Below, piece by piece: positions 18,232 through 27,027 of a stretch of 64,000 nt of DNA. How positions within the stretch are numbered: position 1 is the stretch's first letter; each line of letters starts with the position of its first letter. The notes below the pieces were generated by a model, which did not search any database, was not told the origin of the DNA, and was given only the letters and a program-made list of their open reading frames with translations. Where the stretch lies: positions 4,960,001 through 5,024,000 of the forward strand of contig CBDBDQ010000005.1 in NCBI GenBank assembly GCA_965203905.1. The letters are read 5' to 3'. Origin of the DNA: Spirochaetia bacterium. GTDB lineage: Bacteria; Spirochaetota; Spirochaetia; SZUA-6; Bin103. A program made the translations under genes and the position numbers.

Positions 18232-19542
18232 CTATTCGGCGAGCGAGCGGTCTATCTCTTCCTTGGCCCGCGCCAGGGTGTCCCGAATGTCGCCATCGGA
18301 GAGCAGGATCTCCTGCATAGCCCTCTTGAGCGGCTCGGACACGTCCGCGTATTTCTGGTAGTTGGCCAGCGGTATCGAATACCCCAGCAGCTCTTCCCAG
18401 AGCGCGGACTGCGGAATGGTCTTCGCGCCTTCGGTTTCCGACCACCCGGCACGGGGAATGGTGTCGCCAGTTTCCAGGAGATTGCGCGACGGGAACGAGG
18501 TGAGGAAATCAGCCAGCTTCCACGCCTCTGCCTTGTGCTCGCTGGTGCTCGAGACCACCCATGCCCAGCTCGTGGTCGAGATCGGCGGGTCGGCCCCCTG
18601 ATAGGTGGGGTAGGGTATCGCGTGGAAGGTCCCGGGCGCGACATCGTGTTGCCTGGTCCAGCGCGGCGGTCCCCACTGCCCCGTGACTGCCATCGAGATG
18701 TTGCCGGTGGGAATCGTCGACACGTGGAAGTCCGAAGCCGAGGCCAAGTCCTTGTCGGCCAGGCCATCGTCGAAGCGGCGCTTTATCTCCTCCATGGCGC
18801 CCACTACGGCGTCGCTGGTGATCAGAGACTCGCTCTGATCGGCGTTGAGGATGGAGCCGCCGCGGGCACGTACGATGGGCTCCAGCTCCAGCAGGTACCA
18901 GGCAGCGGACAGCGCGAAGGGAAACGACAGCGCCTCGCGCGTGATCCTGCCGCTGGCGTCCTTCTGCACCAGCTTCTGCCCGACCTCGTACACGTCCTCC
19001 CAGTACCGGGGGGCATCTCCCTCGGGATCCAGGCCCGCGTCCCGGAAGTGCTCGGTGTTGATCGAGTACGAGTAGATGTTGAACTGCCAGGGTATGCCAT
19101 AGTAATTGTCGCCGATCTGATACGCCTCCAGCACGCCTCCCGCCCACTGCTGCTTCAGCCCGTCGAGCGACGAGACGCCAAACTGCTCCAGCGCCGCGCC
19201 GTCTATCGGTGCCATGGCGCCGTTCTCGTGGTACGTGAACAACTGGCGATAGGTCATGGCGAACAGATCGGGCGCGTCGCCGGTGGCGATGGCGGTGGGC
19301 AGCTTCTGATTCATGTAGATCTCGTGCTGCGAGTTGTCCATCTGCACCCTGATGTTGGGGTTCTCGGCTTCGAACTCGCTGAGATACTCCTTGAAGAGAA
19401 CGTTCTGCGGACCGCCCTCCTCCATGTGGTTCCACCACACCAGCGACACCTGCTGAGCCGCTGCCTCTTCCTGTGCTGCGCCAAACACCGAGGCCGCAGC
19501 CGAGAACAAGGCCAGCCCTGCCAGTACACACAAGAGTCTCAT
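18232..19542 (-). CDS. Sugar ABC transporter substrate-binding protein
   Basis: Signal peptide, 'FEAENPNI.V', 'G.APDL', 'YYGIP'; AGGAGG RBS; upstream of two CUT1 permeases. Confidence 0.9.
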   Translation of the reverse strand: MRLLCVLAGLALFSAAASVFGAAQEEAAAQQVSLVWWNHMEEGGPQNVLFKEYLSEFEAENPNIRVQMDNSQHEIYMNQKLPTAIATGDAPDLFAMTYRQLFTYHENGAMAPIDGAALEQFGVSSLDGLKQQWAGGVLEAYQIGDNYYGIPWQFNIYSYSINTEHFRDAGLDPEGDAPRYWEDVYEVGQKLVQKDASGRITREALSFPFALSAAWYLLELEPIVRARGGSILNADQSESLITSDAVVGAMEEIKRRFDDGLADKDLASASDFHVSTIPTGNISMAVTGQWGPPRWTRQHDVAPGTFHAIPYPTYQGADPPISTTSWAWVVSSTSEHKAEAWKLADFLTSFPSRNLLETGDTIPRAGWSETEGAKTIPQSALWEELLGYSIPLANYQKYADVSEPLKRAMQEILLSDGDIRDTLARAKEEIDRSLAE

Positions 19543-19736
19543 AGCCCCTCCTGCACAATCGCAGCCGGCCACTGGGTCCGGCTGAACGACACGAAGCGAG
19601 TCACTCGCCCGAGCGACTTACGCCTTGGAACCTTCGACTATGGCTCCGAGGTGCGGACCTGTCAAGCTCACCCCCCGGGCCGGGACGGACCGGAGTTGGC
19701 ATGGGAGAAACAGGGCTGCAAGCCTATACTGGGGGT

Positions 19737-19925
19737 TAGTCTTCGAGGGAGCGCGAAGTAGGCCGGCGATGCACTGGTGTAGCGCCCTGCGGCGAACCCG
19801 TTGTCAAGCTTGGTCCCGAGGCCCGTGGCGTTGTCATTGGTGAGGCTCAGCCCGCGACCGGTTGCGGTGGTGATCCATCCCGATAAGGAGAATGCGCAGT
19901 TGCTTCACGCCTTGGCCGCTCCACT
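19737..19925 (+). ncRNA. Candidate IS110 bridge RNA
   Basis: -10 TATACT at 19725-19730; several hairpins; TAAGGAGAA (19884-19892) equals the predicted circle junction; GGTGATC (19869-19875) is complementary to the right target flank. Ends approximate. Confidence 0.6.
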
Positions 19926-19942
19926 CATTCCCAGGAGGAGTC

Positions 19943-21337
19943 ATGGCACGACGCAAACGCAGAAGCAAACGCAGCGGCAAGGGCAATCGCTCGGCGCAGC
20001 CGCAGGTGGTGCACCCCGAGGCGGCAGGCCTGGATGTGGGCGCCACCATGATCTACGCGGCGGTACGCGCTGAGCGCGCCGAGCAGCCGATCCAATCGTT
20101 CCCGACCTTTACCCGCGATCTGCATGCCTTGGCCGATTGGCTGAGTACCTGCCAGGTAACCACGGTGGCCATGGAGTCGACCGGCGTGTACTGGATCCCG
20201 GTGCACCAGATCCTGGAAGCACGCGGCTTCGAGGTGGTGCTGGTCAACGCTCGCCACGTGCGCTCGGTGCCCGGTCGCAAGAGCGACGTCGAGGACTGCG
20301 AATGGCTGCGTTGCCTGCACTCGGTAGGGTTTCTGCGCGGCTCGTTCCGACCGGCTGACGAGGTATGTGCGGTGCGCTCCTTGTTGCGCCATCGCGACAG
20401 CGTGATCAAGACCGCCTCCCGCAGCGTACTGCACATGCAGAAGGCGTTCGATCAGATGAACGTCCATCTGCACCACGCGATCTCCGATCTGACCGGGCTC
20501 AGCGGCCTGGCCATCACCGACGCCATCCTGGACGGAGAGCGCGACCCGACGCGCTTGGCGAAGCTGGCGCACCCGCGGATCAAGGCCAGCCGTGCCACCC
20601 TGATCAAGGCTCTGGAGGGTGATTGGCGCAGCGAACATCTGTTCACCTTGCGCCACGCACGCCAGACCTATGCGCACTACCAGCAGCTCATCAGTGAGTG
20701 TGACCAGGAGATCATGGCCCGCATCCGCGCGTTCGAGCAGACCCAGGAGCCGCCCGCCGCGACCGCTACCGACCAGCAACCGCCGGAATCCCCTGAACCG
20801 GGCCCGGAACCGCCTGCGTCGCCTCCGCAAGCGTGCAACATGAAAGCCCACCTGACGCGGTTGTTCGGCACCGACCTGACCCTCATTCCCGGTATCGGCG
20901 ACACTACCGCGCTGGTGCTGTTCAGCGAACTCGGCCCCGATCTGTCACGCTTTCCGAGCGCCGCGCAGTTCGCATCCTGGTTGAACCTCTGTCCGCAGAA
21001 CAAGATCACCGGCGGCAAGGTGATCAGCTCTCAGACGGGGCCCGGCGCCAACCGTGCGGCACAGGCGCTGCGCATGGCAACCCAGACCCTGTACCGCAGC
21101 CACTCCGCGCTCGGTGACTTCTTCCGCCGCAAGCGGGCCCGCGTCGGCTCCCCGCAGGCGATTACCGACACCGCCCACAAGCTGGCGCGCATCATCTACC
21201 ACCTGGTGACCCGCCACGTCCTCTACGATGACAACGTTCTGCTCCAGCAACAGCGCCAGGACCGTAAACGCCATGAACGGCGACTTCGAAATCAGGCCCG
21301 CGCTCTCGGCTTCAAACTCGTTCCGGAGGCTGCCTGA
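19943..21337 (+). CDS. IS110 family transposase/recombinase
   Basis: DEDD RuvC-like motifs 'GLDVG', 'AMESTGVYW', 'RKSDVED'; Tnp domain 'LIPGIG', 'FASWLNLCP...ITGGK'; AGGAGG RBS. Confidence 0.93.
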   Translation: MARRKRRSKRSGKGNRSAQPQVVHPEAAGLDVGATMIYAAVRAERAEQPIQSFPTFTRDLHALADWLSTCQVTTVAMESTGVYWIPVHQILEARGFEVVLVNARHVRSVPGRKSDVEDCEWLRCLHSVGFLRGSFRPADEVCAVRSLLRHRDSVIKTASRSVLHMQKAFDQMNVHLHHAISDLTGLSGLAITDAILDGERDPTRLAKLAHPRIKASRATLIKALEGDWRSEHLFTLRHARQTYAHYQQLISECDQEIMARIRAFEQTQEPPAATATDQQPPESPEPGPEPPASPPQACNMKAHLTRLFGTDLTLIPGIGDTTALVLFSELGPDLSRFPSAAQFASWLNLCPQNKITGGKVISSQTGPGANRAAQALRMATQTLYRSHSALGDFFRRKRARVGSPQAITDTAHKLARIIYHLVTRHVLYDDNVLLQQQRQDRKRHERRLRNQARALGFKLVPEAA

Positions 21338-21434
21338 ATGCTTGGTTTCTAAGGAGATCATCGGGCCGGAGCCGGACCTGGCCGGACCGGACGGTCCGGG
21401 CTGCCCCGCAGGCCCATACGCCAACTGATTGCAG

Positions 21435-22535
21435 TCAGGCGGACCCGCGGAGGAGCCGTGCTGCCGCCACCTCGTTCTTGAGCTTCGTGTAGACCTCGTC
21501 GATGCCGACCTCCGCCGCCGAGCCGGGGGCAAAGCCGCAGTCGGGGTTCAGGGTGATGCGCTCGGCGGGTACGTGGCGCAGGGCCTGCTCGACACGACTG
21601 ACGATCTCCTGAGGGGAGTCCACCTGCCCCGGGGCCACGCTGACACAGCCGAGGCCGATCTCCAGGTCCTCGCGCAGTTGGCGCAGCACCTCCACGTCAC
21701 CCGCCTGGGGTGCCGTGAACTCCATCGTCAGGTGCTGCACTCGTAGCCGGTTCAACTGGCCGACGATGGGCCCGTAGCCGCCGCTGAACGCCTCCTCTCC
21801 GCGCGCCCGTGCGCCCGCTCGCCGGCACAGGTGCACGGCGGTGCGGATCCCTGCGATGCCATCCACTACCTCGTTCACCGTGTCGACCGCGAAGTCCGCC
21901 GCGCGATCGGCGTCGTAGTACCCGGCGCGCACCCCGGGGTCCACGAACAGGCACAGATGTGGATCGTCGATCTGGGCGATGTCGGCACCGGCGTCGCGGA
22001 TCAGCTCCAGCTCGCGGCGGAGGATGGGAACGCAATCACGAACGAATGCCTCGCGCGTGGGGTACGCGGGCGCGGACAGCTCGGGGTCCCACATCCGTTC
22101 TCCCAGCAACGCGGGTGCCGGGAGCGTGGCCTTGACCTGGCGGTCGGTGATGCCGCGCAGGAACGAGATCTCTCTGGCGATGAACCCTGGTTCCCTGGGC
22201 GCCAGGCGGTCGACGACTACGGTCCAGGGACGCCCGTCGGCGGGGTTGGTGCCGAGCTCGAAGCCGTGAGCCAGCTCGGCAATCACGCCGATATACGAAC
22301 GGCGCCGCCACTCGCCGTCAGTCACCACGTCGAGACCGGCGTGCTCCTGCAGGCGCACGATGTAGCCGACGGCGGCGTCCATCGCCCGCCGGTACTCATC
22401 CGGGTCCAGAGCCTCCTCGGCGCCGAGCAGATCGCGTACGAACCCGGACCGTGGCATCGAACCGACCACTGAGGTCGTGAAGCGGCCGTGGCCGCTGCTC
22501 GGGCTGCCGGCGCCGGCGCCGGTGTCGCTGCTCAT
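21435..22535 (-). CDS. Cobalamin-independent methionine synthase II family (single catalytic domain)
   Basis: 'TSVVGSMPR', 'GLDVVTDGEWRR', Zn ligands 'HLC', 'MEF', 'NPDCGF'. Confidence 0.85.
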   Translation of the reverse strand: MSSDTGAGAGSPSSGHGRFTTSVVGSMPRSGFVRDLLGAEEALDPDEYRRAMDAAVGYIVRLQEHAGLDVVTDGEWRRRSYIGVIAELAHGFELGTNPADGRPWTVVVDRLAPREPGFIAREISFLRGITDRQVKATLPAPALLGERMWDPELSAPAYPTREAFVRDCVPILRRELELIRDAGADIAQIDDPHLCLFVDPGVRAGYYDADRAADFAVDTVNEVVDGIAGIRTAVHLCRRAGARARGEEAFSGGYGPIVGQLNRLRVQHLTMEFTAPQAGDVEVLRQLREDLEIGLGCVSVAPGQVDSPQEIVSRVEQALRHVPAERITLNPDCGFAPGSAAEVGIDEVYTKLKNEVAAARLLRGSA

Positions 22536-23290
22536 GGGTCGCCACGCCAGTGAGTCTGGGCCAGCTCGAAGTCCTGCTGCGTGTCGATCTCCAGGTACTC
22601 ACCGGCCGTGTCGACGTGCGCCACGTGCTCACCCGCTTCGATCATCTCCTGGAAGAGGTGGATGAGATACGCCTTCTCGAACACCGCCGCCTCGCGAAAC
22701 GGCCTGCCGGCATACCGCTCACGGGCGCGGTGATAGTGCTGCCGCAGCGCAGCCGCGCCGGCGGCGGAAAACCTCGCCACGCCTATGTACTCACCGTGCG
22801 CCTGGGTTGGTTCGATCGCGCGATGCACGCGCGTAATCCGCCCGTTGCGGGAGGTCACCTTCTCGGCGTCGTCCGGCGGATGCTCGGTGCGAAGTCGGTA
22901 CCGGGACAGCCAGTCGGTGTCGACGACCAGCGAGATGTCGGCCTCGCTTGCCAGCAGCTTCGCGACTACCCGTGGCGTGTAGAGGATATCCGCGTAGCTG
23001 CAGATGAACGGCCCATCCATCTGGTCCTCGGCATACATGAGTGAGGTGAGAATGTTGTTGCTTTGCCACTCGGTGTTGTGACGCAGCGTCAAGCTCGGGT
23101 AGGCGGCGCGCACGGCGGCAATCTGGTACCCGCCCACGAAGCAGACGTCGTCGATACCGTTCGCGGCCAAGGCCTCCAGGACCCAATCGAGGATGCGCTT
23201 GCCCTGCACCTCGGCAAAACACTTCGGGGCGTCCGCGGTGGTAGGCATGAGTCTTTGTCCGCGACCGGCACCGATGATGATAGCTCGCAC
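22532..23290 (-). CDS. NTP transferase, phosphocholine/phosphonate cytidylyltransferase-like
   Basis: 'AIIIGAGRGQRL.P.T...PKC', 'VGGY', 'NN..SL', 'YAD', 'GEYIG', 'EIDT..D'. Confidence 0.82.
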   Translation of the reverse strand: MRAIIIGAGRGQRLMPTTADAPKCFAEVQGKRILDWVLEALAANGIDDVCFVGGYQIAAVRAAYPSLTLRHNTEWQSNNILTSLMYAEDQMDGPFICSYADILYTPRVVAKLLASEADISLVVDTDWLSRYRLRTEHPPDDAEKVTSRNGRITRVHRAIEPTQAHGEYIGVARFSAAGAAALRQHYHRARERYAGRPFREAAVFEKAYLIHLFQEMIEAGEHVAHVDTAGEYLEIDTQQDFELAQTHWRGDP

Positions 23291-23350
23291 GACGATGGCT
23301 CACTGGACGGTGGCACGTCGGCCCTGGCGCGTCAAGCGAGCTGGCGCTCG

Positions 23351-23449
23351 CTCTGGCTTTTCATCCCCGGTCGGTCTATCGTGGTCACCGTGTTGGCTAA
23401 CAAATTCGTCGGCGACGGGTTGCGCGAGGCCGCGGATCCCCATGCCTGA
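23351..23449 (+). pseudogene. Degenerate 3' stub of a DppC permease
   Basis: 'LWLFIPGRSIVVTVLANKFVGDGLREAADPHA*'; overlaps the start of the sialidase-like gene. Confidence 0.7.
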
Positions 23450-24725
23450 GCATCGCGAGCGCAACGAGCGGCCGTTTTACGAACGCGTGCGGGTGTGGGA
23501 TGAGGATCCGGATGTCGCCGCCGAAGGGTGCTATCTCGAGTCGACGCCATCCGGTGACGTGCTGGCGTTTGGCCATAAGCTGGCCCGGGCGCGCATGCCT
23601 GGCGGCGCCGACCACGGCTTCCCGTGGCTGCATCTGCGGGCGCGCAGCCGGGATGGCGGTCGCACCTGGATTATGGAAGAGACCAAGTGGTGGGAGCCGG
23701 AAACCCGGGCAGCCCGGGCCAGCGTCGTGGACGCCGCAACCGGCGAGATCTTCCTGTTCAATCAAGGCACCTATCCCCTGCAGGACGACGCCGGCCACCC
23801 CATGTCCGAGTCGTGGCTGATACAAAACCATGAGCTGGCCCGCGCGCGCGGCTCGCGCATGGTCATGGAGCGCAGCCGGGATGGTGGCAGCACCTGGGAC
23901 ACGGTCGACATGACCGAGCAGTTCTTCACCTATCCGGGTGCCGGGCTGGCGTGGTTCATCGGCGGCGGCATCCAGCTTCGGCGCGGCCGCCACGCCGGCC
24001 GGCTGCTGGTGCCCGCCCGCTACTTCACGGGCGACTGGCAGGAGGTGGACCCCGACCAGCACCGGATCCTGTACTACCACCCGGCGCTGGGCCAGGTCTA
24101 CGACGACGGCGAAGGGCAGGTCGCCCAGGTCCTCGACAGCGAGGCCCACAATGCCGTGATCTACAGCGACGACCATGGCGAGACCTGGTGCTGGGGCGGC
24201 AGCTCCCAGGGCTACGTGGGTGAAGCCTGCATCGTGGAGCTGGCCGACGGCGCCGTCTACCTGAACAACCGCAACCACGACCCGCGCAGCCTCGGGTACC
24301 GGTCGTGGTGCATCAGCCGCGACGGCGGCGAGAGCTTCACCGAGTTTGGCGTCGACCGGACGCTTGTCGAGGGACGGTGCCACGCCGCGCTGACGCGTTA
24401 CCCGGCTGCTGCGCAGCAGGGCGACGGCCCGATTCTGTTCAGCAACCCCGCCTCGTTCGAAGGCGTTAACCAACTGCATACCCGCGAGATCGGCAGCGCC
24501 GCGCGGCGCGACCTCACGGTGCGGGTGAGCTACGACGAGTGCCGGACCTGGCCGGTGGCACGGCGTATCGACGAGTACGCCACCTACCCCTCGCTGGTGG
24601 TGCTCGACGACGGCACCATCCTGTGCGGTTACGGGCCCTGGGTGTGTCGCTTCAATCTTGCCTGGCTCGAGCTGTCTACTTGTAGGGATCGGCCGCGTCG
24701 CGCAGCCCGTCACCCAGGAAATTGA
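23442..24725 (+). CDS. Sialidase-family (BNR/Asp-box) beta-propeller protein
   Basis: Five Asp-boxes (SRDGGRTW, SRDGGSTW, SDDHGETW, SRDGGESF, SYDECRTW); 'GGGIQL..GRL', 'E..IVEL.DG', 'TYPSL'. Confidence 0.82.
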   Translation: MPEHRERNERPFYERVRVWDEDPDVAAEGCYLESTPSGDVLAFGHKLARARMPGGADHGFPWLHLRARSRDGGRTWIMEETKWWEPETRAARASVVDAATGEIFLFNQGTYPLQDDAGHPMSESWLIQNHELARARGSRMVMERSRDGGSTWDTVDMTEQFFTYPGAGLAWFIGGGIQLRRGRHAGRLLVPARYFTGDWQEVDPDQHRILYYHPALGQVYDDGEGQVAQVLDSEAHNAVIYSDDHGETWCWGGSSQGYVGEACIVELADGAVYLNNRNHDPRSLGYRSWCISRDGGESFTEFGVDRTLVEGRCHAALTRYPAAAQQGDGPILFSNPASFEGVNQLHTREIGSAARRDLTVRVSYDECRTWPVARRIDEYATYPSLVVLDDGTILCGYGPWVCRFNLAWLELSTCRDRPRRAARHPGN

Positions 24726-25845
24726 ACGCCAGCACCGTCACCACCACGAAGACTCCCGGAATGAGCAGCCACGGGGTGATGGCGATCACGCGGACGTTCT
24801 GCGCCTGCTGCAGCATCACGCCCCAGCTCACGACCGGCGCACGCAGGCCGATGCCGATGAAGCTGAGAGCCGTCTCGCCCAGGATCATGCCGGGCACCGC
24901 CAGGGTAAGGGAGACGATAAGGTAGCTCATGAATCCGGGCAGCAGGTGGCGGCCGATGATGCTCCCCTCGGTGGCGCCGGAGACAACGGCCGCCATCACG
25001 TAGTCTTCCGCACGGAGCTGCAGGACCTTACCCCGCACGATCCGGGCCAGACCGGTCCAGCCCTTGATCGACAGGATGACGGTAATCATGAAATAGATGC
25101 GAAGTGGAGGCCAGGTGACGGGGATTGCTGCGGCCAGCGCCATCCACATGGGGATGGCGGGCAAGGATTCGAGGAACTCGATTGCCCGTTGGATCACCAT
25201 GTCCACGGCGCCTCCGAAGTAACCCGAAATCCCGCCCATGATGCAGCCGAGAACGAAGCTGATCGCAACTCCGATGAGACCGATCGAGAGGGAGACCCGG
25301 GCGCCGGCGAGAACTCGGGAGAACATGTCTCGCCCCAGCACTTCAGTGCCGAACAGAAACAGCTTGCCGGGCTCTTCCACCCCCATGAGGTGCAGGTCGG
25401 TCTTGAACAGGCCCCAGAACCGGTACTCATCACCGCGCACCAAGAACCTGATCGGATACACCTGCGCCTCGTCCACCTCGTAGATCCGCGCCAGCGTGAC
25501 TGGATCCCTCGAAATCTCGAAGCCGTAGACGAAAGGCGCCCGCAACTTACCCTCGTGGAAAAGATGGACTGCCACCGGCGGGGCCAAAAGGTGTTCGGGG
25601 TGACGCTGAAAGCTCGCATACGGCGCCAGAAAGCCGGCGAAGATCGCGCACAGATAAATCAGGAGCAGGAACACGCCGCCGAATATCGCCACCCTGTGTT
25701 TGACGAACGCGCGCCGCATGAGCACCCAGCTAGAGGCCAGGTAGTAGGCTTCTTCAGCCGCAGTCTCCTGGTGCGATCGCGGACTCTCCTCGAGCTGTCG
25801 CGGCTGCCCCTCGTCGGTATCTCGGTACCTCGTCCTGTCGCTCAT
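24676..25845 (-). CDS. Dpp/Opp-type ABC permease (DppC-like)
   Basis: 'FGT..LGRDMFSR', 'ETALSFIG', 'GDGLRDAADPY'. Confidence 0.92.
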   Translation of the reverse strand: MSDRTRYRDTDEGQPRQLEESPRSHQETAAEEAYYLASSWVLMRRAFVKHRVAIFGGVFLLLIYLCAIFAGFLAPYASFQRHPEHLLAPPVAVHLFHEGKLRAPFVYGFEISRDPVTLARIYEVDEAQVYPIRFLVRGDEYRFWGLFKTDLHLMGVEEPGKLFLFGTEVLGRDMFSRVLAGARVSLSIGLIGVAISFVLGCIMGGISGYFGGAVDMVIQRAIEFLESLPAIPMWMALAAAIPVTWPPLRIYFMITVILSIKGWTGLARIVRGKVLQLRAEDYVMAAVVSGATEGSIIGRHLLPGFMSYLIVSLTLAVPGMILGETALSFIGIGLRAPVVSWGVMLQQAQNVRVIAITPWLLIPGVFVVVTVLAFNFLGDGLRDAADPYK

Positions 25846-26840
25846 CGCGCGGTCCGTGCTTCGAACCTGATTCGCGGATCGACGATTACCAGCAGGACGT
25901 CGGAGATCAGCGTCCCGATCATGGCAAGAGTGCTGAGCAGCATGATCATGCTCCCCGCAAGGTACATGTCCTGAGCCTGCAGGGCTTGCAGCAGCAGCGG
26001 GCCTACGGTCGGCAGATTGAGGACGATGGCGGTCAGTGTGGCGCCCGAGACGAGGGTGGGCAGCAGGGCGCCAATCCCGCTGATAATGGGATTGATGGCC
26101 ATCCGGATCGGGTACTTGAACAGCAGCCGTCTCTCAGCCACACCCTTGGCCCTGGCGGTAATCACGTACTGCTTGGTCAGCTCATCGAGCAGTCCACTGC
26201 GGAGCACGCGAATCAGGCCCGCGGTGCCGGAGGTGCCGATCACGATCAGTGGAATCGGCAGGTGCTTGATCAGGTCGATCACCTTGCCAATGCTCCAGGG
26301 AGCCAGTTGATACTCGAAGGTGAACAGACCGCCCACGCTCCAGCCGGTGTACTTGACGACCAGGAACATGAGCAGCAGGGCCAGCAGAAAATTCGGCGTG
26401 GCCAGGCCAAAGAAGCCGAACAGGGTCGCGATGTAGTCGCCGATTGAGTACTGATGCGTGGCGGAATAAATGCCTATCGGCAACGCCACGATATAGATGA
26501 AGATCAAGGTCGACAGCGTCAACGTAACCGTGAGCAGGAAGCGATCTCCGATCAGGCTGTTCACCGGGGCGTTCCAGCGCAGCGAATAGCCCATGTCCCC
26601 CTGCAGCAGGTTGAACAGCCACTTGAAGTAGCGATGATACATCGGTTTGTCCAGGCCGTAGAGTCTCTCCAGGTTTTCGATCTCTTCCTGGGACACGGTC
26701 AATCCTCTGTTCTTCATGTTCTGGATCATCGTCGAAAGATAGTCGCCGGGAGGCAGCTCGATGATCACGAACGCCACGAAGGAGAGCAGCAGGAGCAGGA
26801 TTATCATGTAATAAACCCTGCGCACCAGGTAACTCACCAT
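25842..26840 (-). CDS. Dpp/Opp-type ABC permease (DppB-like)
   Basis: 'LPPGDY', 'YGLDKP', 'YVITARAKG', 'VDPRIR'. Confidence 0.92.
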   Translation of the reverse strand: MVSYLVRRVYYMIILLLLLSFVAFVIIELPPGDYLSTMIQNMKNRGLTVSQEEIENLERLYGLDKPMYHRYFKWLFNLLQGDMGYSLRWNAPVNSLIGDRFLLTVTLTLSTLIFIYIVALPIGIYSATHQYSIGDYIATLFGFFGLATPNFLLALLLMFLVVKYTGWSVGGLFTFEYQLAPWSIGKVIDLIKHLPIPLIVIGTSGTAGLIRVLRSGLLDELTKQYVITARAKGVAERRLLFKYPIRMAINPIISGIGALLPTLVSGATLTAIVLNLPTVGPLLLQALQAQDMYLAGSMIMLLSTLAMIGTLISDVLLVIVDPRIRFEARTAR

Positions 26841-27027
26841 GGCCGGACTCCCGTGCGAGCCAGAGCCCTGGAGCGGCCTGGGGCAGCGGTGCCGGGGGGC
26901 GCGCTACGATCTCGACGCGCAGGCAACTGGAGCCTGGTCCGAAAATGGCGGCCACCGTGCACTGCCTTATGCGCCGTTTTCATGGTCTTCCATATCACGG
27001 AGTGACCGTGGTGACTCCTCGATGGGC

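Larger units (their letters stand above)
19704..21357 (+). mobile_element. IS110-family element (predicted ends)
   Basis: GGAGA repeated at 19704-19708 and 21353-21357; subterminal GAAAC (19707)/GTTTC (21345); reconstructed empty site reads as one open frame (..PELAWE-IIGPEP..). Confidence 0.7.

Noticed and set aside
19700-19730. Junction-formed -35/-10 promoter for the IS110 circle
   Set aside because: At 17-bp spacing from TATACT the junction supplies AAGGAG, not a TTG-type -35, so only the -10 is claimed
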